Assembly (NCBI GenBank): GCA_964582615.1
Contig: CAZORP010000006.1
Location: 3,426-67,425, forward strand
Length of the DNA stretch: 64,000 bases
Reading direction: 5' to 3'
Source: an uncultured Gammaproteobacteria bacterium
Lineage (GTDB): Bacteria > Patescibacteriota > Patescibacteriia > UBA9934
Below are positions 31,717 to 41,642 of the stretch, piece after piece; the stretch's first letter is position 1; each line of letters begins with the position of its first letter. The notes below the pieces were generated by a model. That model saw only the letters and a program-made list of their open reading frames with translations. It was not told the DNA's origin and searched no databases. Both the position numbers and the translations under genes were made by a program.

Positions 31717-32373
31717 TTATCGCCTAGGCGCAAGAACAATGACAAACTCCCCCTTGGTACTTGTCGCCTCAAGCGCTTGAAGTATTTCTTGCGCAGTGCC
31801 GCGATATATTGTCTCGTGAAGCTTGGTAAGCTCTCGACATACACAAAGCTTTCGATTAAGTGAAGCAAGTGCAAGAAGTGTTTTCTCGATGCGGTGCGTT
31901 GCCTCGTAGAGCACAACCGTATGGGGGATTTCTCCAAGTTCACGAAAGAACGTCTCTCTTCCCTTCTTTTGAGGAGGAAATCCTACAAATGTAAATCGCG
32001 CGGTAGGAAATCCGCACACCGAAAGCGCTGTAGTTACCGCAGATGCCCCGGGAATGGGAACAACAACCACCCCTGCCGCAACCGCATCAGCAACAAGCAT
32101 GCCTCCGGGATCAGAAATTCCCGGCGTACCCGCATCAGTAACAAGCGCCATGCGCTTTCCCTGCACAAGCTCTTGGACAATCTGGGCGCGACGATAATCG
32201 TCGGTATGCTCGTGAAACGTATGAAGCGTTGGATGGATTTCGAGCATGCTACACAATTTTGCGGTAACGCGAGTATCTTCACACAAGACCACATCAACAC
32301 TCGACAAAATCTCTTGCGCGCGAAGAGTAATATCTCCCCGATTGCCTAGTGGAGTTGCAACAATGAAAAGCAC
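31717..32373 (-). CDS. rsmI: 16S rRNA C1402 2'-O-methyltransferase
   Basis: VATPLGN, CEDTR, DAGTPGISDPG, RELTKLHE. Confidence 0.95.
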   Translation of the reverse strand: MLFIVATPLGNRGDITLRAQEILSSVDVVLCEDTRVTAKLCSMLEIHPTLHTFHEHTDDYRRAQIVQELVQGKRMALVTDAGTPGISDPGGMLVADAVAAGVVVVPIPGASAVTTALSVCGFPTARFTFVGFPPQKKGRETFFRELGEIPHTVVLYEATHRIEKTLLALASLNRKLCVCRELTKLHETIYRGTAQEILQALEATSTKGEFVIVLAPRR

Positions 32374-32374
32374 A

Positions 32375-33634
32375 CTACGGCGTTACTTCAACGGAAGGAA
32401 CTGAAAACGAAGGAACCTGAACCGCCCCTGCGGGAATATCACTCTCCTGACCTTCTTTTTTCATCACCTCATCTTGAGCAACGTACGCGGCGGATGGATA
32501 GAGGGCATTTGCCACAAAACTGTACATGCGAACGGTAGGAACCTCGCGCAAACGCTCTCCTGAAAGTGAACCAGAAATTGCAACACCGTCAGCATTCCAG
32601 GAAGATCCCGTTTCCGCATCAACAAAGACTGTTCCCTGTGGCGATATTTGCTTTGTTAATGTCAACGGCGATCCATTGTGTTCCGCGATAAAAGCACGCA
32701 ACGTTGTGCCCTGTTCATTTGCCGTAAAGAGGAACGTTTTTCCTGCGGATGTTGCTGTAGGATGCTCAGAAGCAAGCGTTGGCGTGAGGATAGCTACCCC
32801 CTGCGACGCTCCATCAACTGCTACCCACGCTGGTTCCTTTGGACGAACACTGAGCTCGGCATGATTCAAGGGGAAATAGTATCCCGACGAAGTTTCATAG
32901 CCGCCATACGGATGATGCATGTAGTCACGCTCAACGCCTGTTGCAAAAGAAAGTGTCGTCGCGCGAGCATCGCCACCATAGAGAGACTTCCAAGATTTCC
33001 ACGTCATGTACGAGACCGGAATGCGCTCAAGAGATTGCTCAAGAGATGCCTGAGATTCCGCAACCACGGGCCGTCCAAAAATTCCTGACCAATATTGTTC
33101 AGAACCCTCTTTGCGCAAAAGAACGTCATTGTTATATTCCTTTCCACTTACAACAAACTTTTCACCACGGGGAACGAGGTATGCCGTAGCAGTACCTGTT
33201 AATGGCGCCGCGTAGACAAAAATTTCCTGACCACCAAGCGTATCGTATGCCCCATGGTGCCAATTCATAATTTGCACTGGGTAGAACCGTGTCTCCCCCC
33301 CTAGCGTCACCGAAACTCCCCCAATGGCATCACCAATCTTTTCATCAATCTCTGAAATCGTTGCCTGTGCTGGGTGATCAAGAAGTGGGATATCACCTTC
33401 GGTGACTCCGGCGCTATAGATTTCCTCCGGAGGAACAAGATACCAAGCGGATTCATACGCCTGAGGTTGCTCGTAAATGCCCCCATCAAGCGCACGCTCT
33501 TCACGGGCACGGAGCTCAAGAAACGCATGATATTGCCAACCCGCATATGCGAGTATTCCAAGAATTCCTCCTCCAAGAATAGTTAACCAAACGATATGTT
33601 TTGAAGACGTTCGTTGCATAGATAAGGAAAGCAT
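32375..33634 (-). CDS. DUF3179-like exported protein
   Basis: IPLLDHP, YPVQIMNWH, DAETGSSW, GPL/GSL.G..L pattern. Confidence 0.7.
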   Translation of the reverse strand: MLSLSMQRTSSKHIVWLTILGGGILGILAYAGWQYHAFLELRAREERALDGGIYEQPQAYESAWYLVPPEEIYSAGVTEGDIPLLDHPAQATISEIDEKIGDAIGGVSVTLGGETRFYPVQIMNWHHGAYDTLGGQEIFVYAAPLTGTATAYLVPRGEKFVVSGKEYNNDVLLRKEGSEQYWSGIFGRPVVAESQASLEQSLERIPVSYMTWKSWKSLYGGDARATTLSFATGVERDYMHHPYGGYETSSGYYFPLNHAELSVRPKEPAWVAVDGASQGVAILTPTLASEHPTATSAGKTFLFTANEQGTTLRAFIAEHNGSPLTLTKQISPQGTVFVDAETGSSWNADGVAISGSLSGERLREVPTVRMYSFVANALYPSAAYVAQDEVMKKEGQESDIPAGAVQVPSFSVPSVEVTP

Positions 33635-33643
33635 CTCATGAAA

Positions 33644-35167
33644 TTAGCGTTTTGAAAATGCTCCCGACTTTCCCGAACGATCCTGAAGAAATTGCCATAA
33701 GGTTCGAACGCCATACCCGGTTCCCCCTTTTCCAAGACATGCGCCAAGTGGTTTTTCAGCAAAAGCAGGACCGGCGATATCCAAATGCGCCCATGGAGTT
33801 TCCGGTGGTACAAACGCTTCAAGAAAAAGACCTGCCGTAAGAGATCCTCCGTAGCGCGTTGTTGCGATATTCCGCAAGTCCGCAATGTCACTTTTTAGCG
33901 TTTCCTTGTATCGAGGCTCAAGGGGGAGTTCCCACAATTTTTCCCCTGCCGTCTGCGCGGAAGTAAGAAGCTGTTTTGCAAGTCCGCGATGATTAGACAT
34001 GAGACCTGCGATTTCTTCACCAAGCGCAACCATGCAAGCGCCCGTGAGCGTTGCAAGATCAAGGAGGACGTCCGGCTTTTCTCGAAGAGCGTATGTCATT
34101 GCATCTGCAAGCGTAAGACGTCCCTCTGCATCAGTATTGAGAATCTCGACCGTTGTTCCTGCGAGGGTTTTTACCACGTCGCCCGGACGAATAGCTCCTC
34201 CCGAAGGCATGTTTTCCGTTGCGGCAATATATCCACGAACATGAATCTTTGGACGAAGCTTTGCGAGAATCGCAAAGACTCCGAGCACCGCCGCGGCTCC
34301 TGCCATATCACATTTCATCGTCATCATGCCGTCGGCAGGCTTGAGTGAAAGACCTCCAGAGTCAAACGTTACCCCCTTTCCCACCAAAGCAACCGTTTCT
34401 TTTGCGCCACGTGGCGCCGTATATGCAAGCTCAATAAACAACGGTGGACGTTCAGCGCCTTGTGCTACGGCAAGAAAAGCCCCCATGCCTTCTTTTGCAC
34501 ACGCTTCCTTATCCAGCGTTCGTACAACAATATCCCCACGGGAAGCTTTTGCAATTTCCATGGCGGCCTCCGACAATCGCTCGGGAGTCATATCGTGTGC
34601 AGGAATGTTAACCAAGTCACGCGCAATGGTGACTCCCCCAATAACCGCCTCAACATTTTCGAGCACCTTTCTTACAGGAGCAACAAGTGAACGATCGCGA
34701 ACAAAGATGTCGCATGATGCTAAGCATTTTTCACCATTTTTTTGCTTGTAGACGGAAAATGCATAATCCGCAAGAAGCACACCTTCTGCAAAGGCTTCGA
34801 TCATGGGAATATTCCACTCTTTTCCCGTTGCATCAAGCGCAATGGTTCGGAATCCGAGTGCACGTGCGCGCTGTACTGCATGACCACCCATTTCGCGAGC
34901 CGCGTGGGTATCGCCACCGCGTTGACGCTCCCCCATGCCCACACACACTACAACATCAGGACCTTCCTCGTCGGAAGATGGAAGAACAACCACCTGTCCA
35001 GCTTTTCCAGAGAAATCCTGAGCCTGAGCAAATCGCTCAGCTCGCTTTTTTGCAAGCGGAAGTACAAAAGGAAGCTGTGCAAGAAAATCCTTGCCCTCAA
35101 ACACCGGAAGCACACTGACTTCAGCGCCACTTTGCGCCACGTGACCCTTTCCTACAGATATTCGCAT
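33644..35167 (-). CDS. pepA: leucyl aminopeptidase
   Basis: GKGVTFDSGG, MKCDMAGAA, NTDAEGRL, HLDIAG. Confidence 0.96.
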   Translation of the reverse strand: MRISVGKGHVAQSGAEVSVLPVFEGKDFLAQLPFVLPLAKKRAERFAQAQDFSGKAGQVVVLPSSDEEGPDVVVCVGMGERQRGGDTHAAREMGGHAVQRARALGFRTIALDATGKEWNIPMIEAFAEGVLLADYAFSVYKQKNGEKCLASCDIFVRDRSLVAPVRKVLENVEAVIGGVTIARDLVNIPAHDMTPERLSEAAMEIAKASRGDIVVRTLDKEACAKEGMGAFLAVAQGAERPPLFIELAYTAPRGAKETVALVGKGVTFDSGGLSLKPADGMMTMKCDMAGAAAVLGVFAILAKLRPKIHVRGYIAATENMPSGGAIRPGDVVKTLAGTTVEILNTDAEGRLTLADAMTYALREKPDVLLDLATLTGACMVALGEEIAGLMSNHRGLAKQLLTSAQTAGEKLWELPLEPRYKETLKSDIADLRNIATTRYGGSLTAGLFLEAFVPPETPWAHLDIAGPAFAEKPLGACLGKGGTGYGVRTLWQFLQDRSGKSGAFSKR

Positions 35168-35273
35168 ATACCCTATTATTTGAAGCTTTTTTATATGAGC
35201 GTCAAGGGTTTTCCCCACATCCCACCAAGCTCCATTGACGAAAAAGTCAAAATATCGTACCCTTTCTCACGAT

Positions 35274-35411
35274 ATGCCAACACGCCATCACTTGTCCCGC
35301 AAAGAGCAAAATGCTCGTTTTGCCGTGAAGCGCGAAGAAGGATTTGTAAAACGCCGCAAGGCAAAAGCAATCCGCATGCGCAAGCTCGAAGCTAAAGCTG
35401 CTGCAAAGTAG
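35274..35411 (+). CDS. small basic protein (45 aa)
   Basis: MPTRHHLSRKEQNARFAVKREEGFVKRRKAKAIRMRKLEAKAAAK; followed by hairpin AAAACCCCGCT-catgt-AGCGGGGTTTT. Confidence 0.55.
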   Translation: MPTRHHLSRKEQNARFAVKREEGFVKRRKAKAIRMRKLEAKAAAK

Positions 35412-35486
35412 CATTCAAAACCCCGCTCATGTAGCGGGGTTTTTCTTTTACATATCCTCTTGATATTCGTTATCACCATCAACATC

Positions 35487-35515
35487 TTGATAGCTCTTTG
35501 ACGGTGTGGTACACT
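35487..35515 (+). promoter_or_regulatory. putative tRNA promoter
   Basis: TTGATA-17 nt-TACACT with an upstream TG extended -10. Confidence 0.55.
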
Positions 35516-35530
35516 CCCCCTGCAAAAAAT

Positions 35531-35605
35531 TCCGGGGTAGCTCAGCGGCAGAGCAGTTGACTGTTAATCAATTGGTCGTGGGTTCGATCCCCACCCCCGG
35601 AGCCA
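35531..35605 (+). tRNA. tRNA-Asn (GTT)
   Basis: Cloverleaf: TCCGGGG/CCCCGGA acceptor stem, anticodon loop CT-GTT-AA, GGTTCGATCC T-arm, encoded CCA. Confidence 0.97.
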
Positions 35606-36006
35606 TGAGAAGGCGTGTGAGGTGACCCACATGCCTTGTCAAAAAACCACCATTGAAAAATGGCGGTTTTTTGTTTAAAGCTTGAGCAAATAACGACCCT
35701 TGGTAACCCATCCAAAAAATCGAAGCACCTGGGACGCAAAGGCGACGAATTTTTCTCAAACACCCAAAATCACGGATTTGCCTTATTTTTTCGGTTCGAA
35801 CCCCGACCATGGTTTGGCGACCTTACTTAATCGCAGTATTATATCTGTGTTCCTTGAAATGGAATTTGAGCTGGCGAGCAGGTGCGGTCAGTCGCTGAGG
35901 TGTTGAGTTAGCTAGGCGGGTTCAGACCCCTCCCGAGAGCATCGAATTGTGCTTTCGGGCGGGGGTTGTCTTTGAACCCCTGATCTAATTCTTAACACCA
36001 AACGAT

Positions 36007-36180
36007 ATGGCCAAAAAAGTCATCGTTCGTACTGGTGGAATTGTGCCCACTTCGGGTCAGTACCATCCGTCTGGTAGTCGTGACGAGGTTACCCTGGTAA
36101 AGGGAAAGCGCGTCCCGCCTAACAACGAAGGCGTTCGCCAAACGTTTACGCTGGTCGATAAGACCAAGCATAAGCGTTAA
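36007..36180 (+). CDS. YjzC-like small protein (57 aa)
   Basis: Hand translation MAKKVIVRTGGIVPTSGQYHPSGSRDEVTLVKGKRVPPNNEGVRQTFTLVDKTKHKR matches the G..P.SG.Y...G..PP pattern. Confidence 0.7.
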   Translation: MAKKVIVRTGGIVPTSGQYHPSGSRDEVTLVKGKRVPPNNEGVRQTFTLVDKTKHKR

Positions 36181-36239
36181 GTGAACGTGAATCCTTCTCG
36201 TCAGCTTTGATTTCAATTCAGGAATAAAATACTGGGTCG

Positions 36240-37562
36240 TCATTTTGACGATTTTACCTCGCCGTTTGTAATTACGAGAGTCGTTTTGATGTGTTGGATT
36301 AGGTCCCGCTTTTCTTCCTTGGTGCCTTCCTTCAGAATATACTTTGCACAAGCGTACACATCGATATCAGGCATAATTTCCGCAACTTTCGCAGTCGCCA
36401 CGTGACCGCCTAGACTTGAGATCATTTTTGTAAGTCGATCAACTTCTTGCTTGATCCGTTCCACCGCGGCGAGTTCGTTGATGTCGACTTTATCGATGAT
36501 TTTGTAGAGTTGATTGAGTAATTCCTCCTCGCGTATGTATGGCTGTTTGCAACCCGTCATCCAGCGCTTCATGCATCCGTAGTAGACGTAGCGCTTCGTC
36601 GATCCGTCTTTCAGGCGTTTCACTTTCTGATCCGCACTAATGCCGGATCCGCAGGCGCCGCACTTGAAGATCTTCGTGAAGGCGAACTCATGTGTGCCGG
36701 GTAATGCTTTTGGTGCACATTTCATGACCTCCTGAACTTTGTCGTAAGTTTCTTTCGTGATGAGTGGCTCGTGCTTGCCGTCGTACCACTTTCCGCTTCC
36801 TTTTGGGAACTCGTACCGCCCCGTGTAGAACGGATTATCCATCATGCGATAGATCATGCTGAGCGTAATGCGCTTTCCTTTGCGGGTCGTGAGGTCGCGT
36901 TCGTTATCTAGCCATTTTTTCAAATCTCGTCCCGTCCAGCCCTCGTAGGCAACTTTGTGAAACGCTTCTTTGATGATCGGTCCACGCACAGGATCGACAA
37001 AGATTTTGCACGATCCTTTCTCGGCATACTTATCATGCAGATATCCAAGTGGTGACATGTTCGGTCGAAAGCCCATCTCGATCTTCGCACGGAAGCCACG
37101 CTTCACATTTACGCCCTTATTATCGTTCTCGAGCTTCGCCTGTCCGCACATCATCATGAGCATGAACTTGTCGCTGGGTGAGTTGGTAAACTTCGTGCCA
37201 TGCGTACGAATCTCACGCAATAACCCTTGATCCATCAAGTCCACGACCGTTCCAAGATCGCCTGCATTACGACTGATACGATCCGCCGCCCATGTGAGGA
37301 TTCCGTCGAATTTCTTTTCGCGAATGTCCCCAATTAAACGATTAAACTCCGGGCGTGACCCGGAGCTTTTCGCAGAGTGACTTTCGCGACGAACTTCGAC
37401 GACGTTCAAACCATCTCTCTCAGCCAGCTCAAGTGCCTCCTTGACCTGACTTTCGATTGACAATGCCTGACGCTCGTCATCCTCTGATGATTTTCTCGAG
37501 TAAAGGCAGTAGCGGATCGGTACAACCTTCTCTGATTCGTTATTCGTGTTTTGTGCGTACAT
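36240..37562 (-). CDS. large serine recombinase
   Basis: YSRKSS catalytic motif, SAK..RP.F, DRISRN, recombinase domain PLGY, Zn ribbon CGACG...YYGC. Confidence 0.95.
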   Translation of the reverse strand: MYAQNTNNESEKVVPIRYCLYSRKSSEDDERQALSIESQVKEALELAERDGLNVVEVRRESHSAKSSGSRPEFNRLIGDIREKKFDGILTWAADRISRNAGDLGTVVDLMDQGLLREIRTHGTKFTNSPSDKFMLMMMCGQAKLENDNKGVNVKRGFRAKIEMGFRPNMSPLGYLHDKYAEKGSCKIFVDPVRGPIIKEAFHKVAYEGWTGRDLKKWLDNERDLTTRKGKRITLSMIYRMMDNPFYTGRYEFPKGSGKWYDGKHEPLITKETYDKVQEVMKCAPKALPGTHEFAFTKIFKCGACGSGISADQKVKRLKDGSTKRYVYYGCMKRWMTGCKQPYIREEELLNQLYKIIDKVDINELAAVERIKQEVDRLTKMISSLGGHVATAKVAEIMPDIDVYACAKYILKEGTKEEKRDLIQHIKTTLVITNGEVKSSK

Positions 37563-37702
37563 AAGATTTGTTTACTCCTTATGACCCACACACTACCGCG
37601 TCTGTCCCGGGTGCCTAGCCCAGGGAAGGAGGTAACTCAAACCCATCAAATACCCTTCCAAATTGCCACAATGCGTGAGTTTTGAGACAATACCGTCACT
37701 TT

Positions 37703-38638
37703 ATGTCTCTTCTACGTATTAACGGCGATAAGCTCCAACAAATCCAAGAGACTGAGTTGAAGCTCGAGAAGGATTTGCAAAAGCTGACGGAACAAAACCT
37801 TGAAACCGTTTTTGGTCTTCAGTTTGTTTCGACTGAATTTGCGCTGAATAATCTTCGCATTGATACGTTGGCTTACGATACCGAGACAGCATCTTTCGTG
37901 ATTATCGAGTACAAGCGTGACCGAAGTTTTAGTGTTATCGATCAGGGCTTCGCCTATTTGGCGCTCATGTTGAATAACAAGGCGGATTTCATCTTGGAGT
38001 ACAACGAAAAAATTGGTACGAGTCTTCGCCGCGATGACATCGATTGGTCGCAAAGTCGTGTGCTATTCATCGCCCAGAGCTTTACCGCTCACCAACTTCA
38101 GGCAATCAATTTCAAGGATTTACCCATCGAACTCTGGGAGGCAAAGAAGTACAGCGACGATCTTATTTCCTTCAACCTCATTAAGGCTTTGCAATCCGCC
38201 GAATCCATTAACACCGTTTCGCATAACGAAGTCGTCTCTAAGGTGAGTAAGGAAGTTGAGGCGGTTTCTGCTGAAGACGTCTTCGCACGTGCAAAGGACA
38301 ATATCAATGATCTTTCTCAAGAATTGCGTCGACGCATTTTTGAAGTAGATACTCGTTTTCAGGAAAAAGCCACGAAGCGATATGTTGCCTACAAAATCGG
38401 TTGGAGAAATATTATCTCCATTGAGCCGGTTACCGGACGCCTTAACGTGACTTTTACTCGTACGCGTCCAGAGGATCTCAATGATCCCGAAAGCAAAGCG
38501 AAACTCCGTAATAAATCCCTAGAGCACTATAATCAATATCTCACCGATGTGAGCGTTACCGAATCGAGCGATGTAGACTATGTCATTTCGCTTTTGAAGC
38601 AGGTACTAGCGCGATTCCAAAAGGAAGAGATCATATAG
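37703..38638 (+). CDS. PD-(D/E)XK (NucS-like) nuclease fused to a DUF5655-like domain
   Basis: LEKDLQ, RIDTLAYD, IIEYKR, QGFAYL; C-terminal KRYVAYK. Confidence 0.8.
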   Translation: MSLLRINGDKLQQIQETELKLEKDLQKLTEQNLETVFGLQFVSTEFALNNLRIDTLAYDTETASFVIIEYKRDRSFSVIDQGFAYLALMLNNKADFILEYNEKIGTSLRRDDIDWSQSRVLFIAQSFTAHQLQAINFKDLPIELWEAKKYSDDLISFNLIKALQSAESINTVSHNEVVSKVSKEVEAVSAEDVFARAKDNINDLSQELRRRIFEVDTRFQEKATKRYVAYKIGWRNIISIEPVTGRLNVTFTRTRPEDLNDPESKAKLRNKSLEHYNQYLTDVSVTESSDVDYVISLLKQVLARFQKEEII

Positions 38639-38649
38639 ATTCAGTAGGC

Positions 38650-38679
38650 AAAAAACCAGCGCATAAACGCTGGCTTTTT
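38650..38679. terminator. bidirectional terminator between the nuclease gene and hsdR
   Basis: AAAAAACCAGCG-cataaa-CGCTGGCTTTTT. Confidence 0.75.
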
Positions 38680-38687
38680 GTATCTGA

Positions 38688-41642
38688 CTATTTGTGTTCG
38701 TTGACCGACTTTACCACGTGGTCGAACATCTTTTCGCCGAAGTACGCCTTTAGGTCTGGATTCTTGTCGAGTTTTTTGTAGAAGTCAAAGTGACGGTTTA
38801 GCATCTCAACTAGCTCTTGGCCGAGCACCTCGTCGAATTTGATCTTTGCCGTATCCCGCGCGTTGTTTTTAATCGACCCCTGCAACATTGCGTTATTTAC
38901 CAACCTCTCGCCCAGCTGATTCGTAATAACGACATCTTCGAGAGTGAACTCAGTGCCAAATCGATCGTTGATGTCCGTGATGATTTTCGACAGACGATCA
39001 TGTTCCTTCATCTCTTCGCCTCGCTTGCCGCTTTGCATCGGTTCCAACAATCCATGCTCGTCCTCCAGGTGGATCGCGTCCTGCCCACGGTGTACGAGCT
39101 TGTATGATTCCATGTCAACGCTATCCAGCACCGCTGTTGGCAACTCTTCTTTAATTCGCGGTAATTTTTTCAAGAGCAAGCGTGTGAAAGTGTAGAGTTT
39201 TTCCAGTTCAGAGCTTTCGTACGGAATAATCTGTGAAGCAAACGCATAACGGCGGACGAAATCGGTACACTTCTTGCGGAAATCTTCCTGCTCTTGCGGC
39301 AGGCAATCCTCGAATTGTTGCACTGTCGCATCAAGGATGGCGTTAATCGTCGCCGGAGGCGCGTTGCGAAATAGTTCGTGTACGAATCCGTCCACCTCAT
39401 GCTGTGTGAACAGCTTAAAGGAATAGAGATCGCGCTCGAGGTCATGGAGGATATTCGGGTCCGTGCCTTCGGAAAGAACGGTGGTCGTGTAGTATGGTTG
39501 GAACGATTCTTGGATGTCGGCAGCATCGTTTACGAAGTCGAGCACAAATACCTCGTCCTTGTCCGACGTGGTGCGATTCAATCGGCTAAGCGTCTGCACT
39601 GCGCTAACGCCACTCAGCTTTTTATCGACATACATCGAGGCGAGGAGGGGCTGATCGAAACCTGTCTGGAATTTTTCGGCGACAATTAGGAATTTGAACT
39701 CGTCCTGCTCGAACGTCTTCGCAGTGGTCGCCTCAGGAACGCCATTCATGCCTCCTTCGGTATATTCGGTCACTCCGTCCTTAACCGTGCCGGAAAACGC
39801 TACCAGAGCCTTATACGGGTAATTGTGTTCGCGTAGGTAGGCATCCATAGCTATCTTGTAACGCACGGCATGTAAACGTGACTTTGTCACAATCATGGCC
39901 TTGGCTTTGCCGTGAATTTCCTTCGCGATTCGCGCGCGGAAATGCTCGGTCATGATCTCAACCTTCTTTTGGATTGCGTGCTCGTGTTTTTCAACATAAC
40001 CAATCAAAAGACGTTGAGCTTTTTTCTTGTCGAATTCCGGATCGTCCTCAACTTTCTTCAACAACGAAAAATACGCCTGATACGTTGTATAGTTTTTGAG
40101 TACGTCCAAGATAAATCGCTCCTCAATGGCTTGTTTCATCGAGTACAGGCTGAACGGATAATACTTTCCATCAACTGGACTCTTTGTTCCGAACAACTCA
40201 AGCGTTTTTTGTTTTGGAGTCGCGGTAAACGCAAAAAAGCTGATGTTATCCGTTTTCACCTTTCGGCTCCGGAGTTTTTTCAAGATCATCTCTTCTGTCG
40301 TCTCAGGCTCTTCTGAATCCTGTTGTGCCGCCGCGTCGAGACTAGAGGTCGTTAATGCTTCACGGAGATTCGCGGCTCCTTCACCGGTTTGTGATGAATG
40401 TGCCTCGTCAATAATCACCGCAAAGTTTTTTCCAGGAAGATTGCCGATTGAGTCGACGATAAACGGGAATTTTTGAAGAGTCGTGATGACGATCTTTTCT
40501 CCGGTTTCCAACGCATCCTTTAACTCCTGTGAACCTTCAGTAATCGCTTTCACGACTCCCGCGCGTTGCTCGAACTGCGTGACCGTATCGCGTAACTGAC
40601 GGTCGAGCACACGACGATCCGTAATAACAAGAACGGTATCAAAAACCTTTTTGTCATCATGGTTGTACAGTTCTGAAAGACGATGCGCAGTCCAACCAAT
40701 CGTATTACTCTTGCCGCTTCCCGCACTGTGTTGGATGAGATAGTTGCGACCAGCGCCATTCTCACGTGCATCTACGAGCAAACGCTGAACGGTGTCACGC
40801 TGATGATAGCGTGGAAAAATCAACACTTCCTTGACCGTCTCCTTTCCTTTCTCATCCGTGCTCTTAAGTTTTTGCAGCGTGATGAATTTCCCAACGAGCT
40901 CGAGGATGCTCTTCTTGGTCCAGACATCCTCCCACAGGTACGAGGTCTTATAGCCTCGGTCATTCGGAGGGTTGCCCGCGCCGCTGTTATAGCCCTTGTT
41001 GAACGGCAAGAAGTAGGTTTTGAGTCCAGCAAGCTTCGTCGTCATGTAGACCTGGTCGGCGTCCACAGCGAAGTGTGCCAGACATCGCTTGAAAGCCAAA
41101 AGAGGCTCTTTGTGATCTCGATCCGTCCGGTATTGTTGGATCGCGTTTTTCACCGTCTGTCCGCTCAATTGATTTTTTAGCTCAACGGTAAAAATCGGAA
41201 GACCGTTGAGGAAGATAACGGTATCAATGGACAGATCCGGGTTCTTTTCGCTGAAGTGCACCTGACGCATGACGCTCAAGACATTCGCCTCATAAAGCCG
41301 TCGCGTCTCTTCGTTGATGGCGGAATTTGGCGGGAAATATGCCATCTTGAAATTCACACCATGATCAGTGAATCCATTTCGAAGAACATCAAGCACACCC
41401 CGATTCTTCACCTCATCCGCAAGCCGACCAAATAAATGTTCGTTGAATTCTTCTCCATGAATTTCTAAGAGTTTACCAACCGATTCAGGTTGCGTTGCGT
41501 CGAGGAACTCCAAAACCATTTCAGGATCCACACAAAGACTCTTGAGATAAAGCTGGTTCGACTGCTTGCGATATCCGTTGACCTCGACGAGCTGTTGCTC
41601 GATATATTCTTCGAAGCCGATTTCTTTAGTATTAGTTGGCAT
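38688..41642 (-). CDS. hsdR: type I restriction enzyme R subunit
   Basis: ID...ELK nuclease motif, QHSAGSGKS, IIDEAHSSQ, FTATP, FQTGFDQP, QTLSRLNR. Confidence 0.96.
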   Translation of the reverse strand: MPTNTKEIGFEEYIEQQLVEVNGYRKQSNQLYLKSLCVDPEMVLEFLDATQPESVGKLLEIHGEEFNEHLFGRLADEVKNRGVLDVLRNGFTDHGVNFKMAYFPPNSAINEETRRLYEANVLSVMRQVHFSEKNPDLSIDTVIFLNGLPIFTVELKNQLSGQTVKNAIQQYRTDRDHKEPLLAFKRCLAHFAVDADQVYMTTKLAGLKTYFLPFNKGYNSGAGNPPNDRGYKTSYLWEDVWTKKSILELVGKFITLQKLKSTDEKGKETVKEVLIFPRYHQRDTVQRLLVDARENGAGRNYLIQHSAGSGKSNTIGWTAHRLSELYNHDDKKVFDTVLVITDRRVLDRQLRDTVTQFEQRAGVVKAITEGSQELKDALETGEKIVITTLQKFPFIVDSIGNLPGKNFAVIIDEAHSSQTGEGAANLREALTTSSLDAAAQQDSEEPETTEEMILKKLRSRKVKTDNISFFAFTATPKQKTLELFGTKSPVDGKYYPFSLYSMKQAIEERFILDVLKNYTTYQAYFSLLKKVEDDPEFDKKKAQRLLIGYVEKHEHAIQKKVEIMTEHFRARIAKEIHGKAKAMIVTKSRLHAVRYKIAMDAYLREHNYPYKALVAFSGTVKDGVTEYTEGGMNGVPEATTAKTFEQDEFKFLIVAEKFQTGFDQPLLASMYVDKKLSGVSAVQTLSRLNRTTSDKDEVFVLDFVNDAADIQESFQPYYTTTVLSEGTDPNILHDLERDLYSFKLFTQHEVDGFVHELFRNAPPATINAILDATVQQFEDCLPQEQEDFRKKCTDFVRRYAFASQIIPYESSELEKLYTFTRLLLKKLPRIKEELPTAVLDSVDMESYKLVHRGQDAIHLEDEHGLLEPMQSGKRGEEMKEHDRLSKIITDINDRFGTEFTLEDVVITNQLGERLVNNAMLQGSIKNNARDTAKIKFDEVLGQELVEMLNRHFDFYKKLDKNPDLKAYFGEKMFDHVVKSVNEHK

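Noticed and set aside
35792-35809. CGGTTCGAACCCCGACCA as another tRNA remnant
   Set aside because: Too short and wrongly spaced to distinguish from chance.
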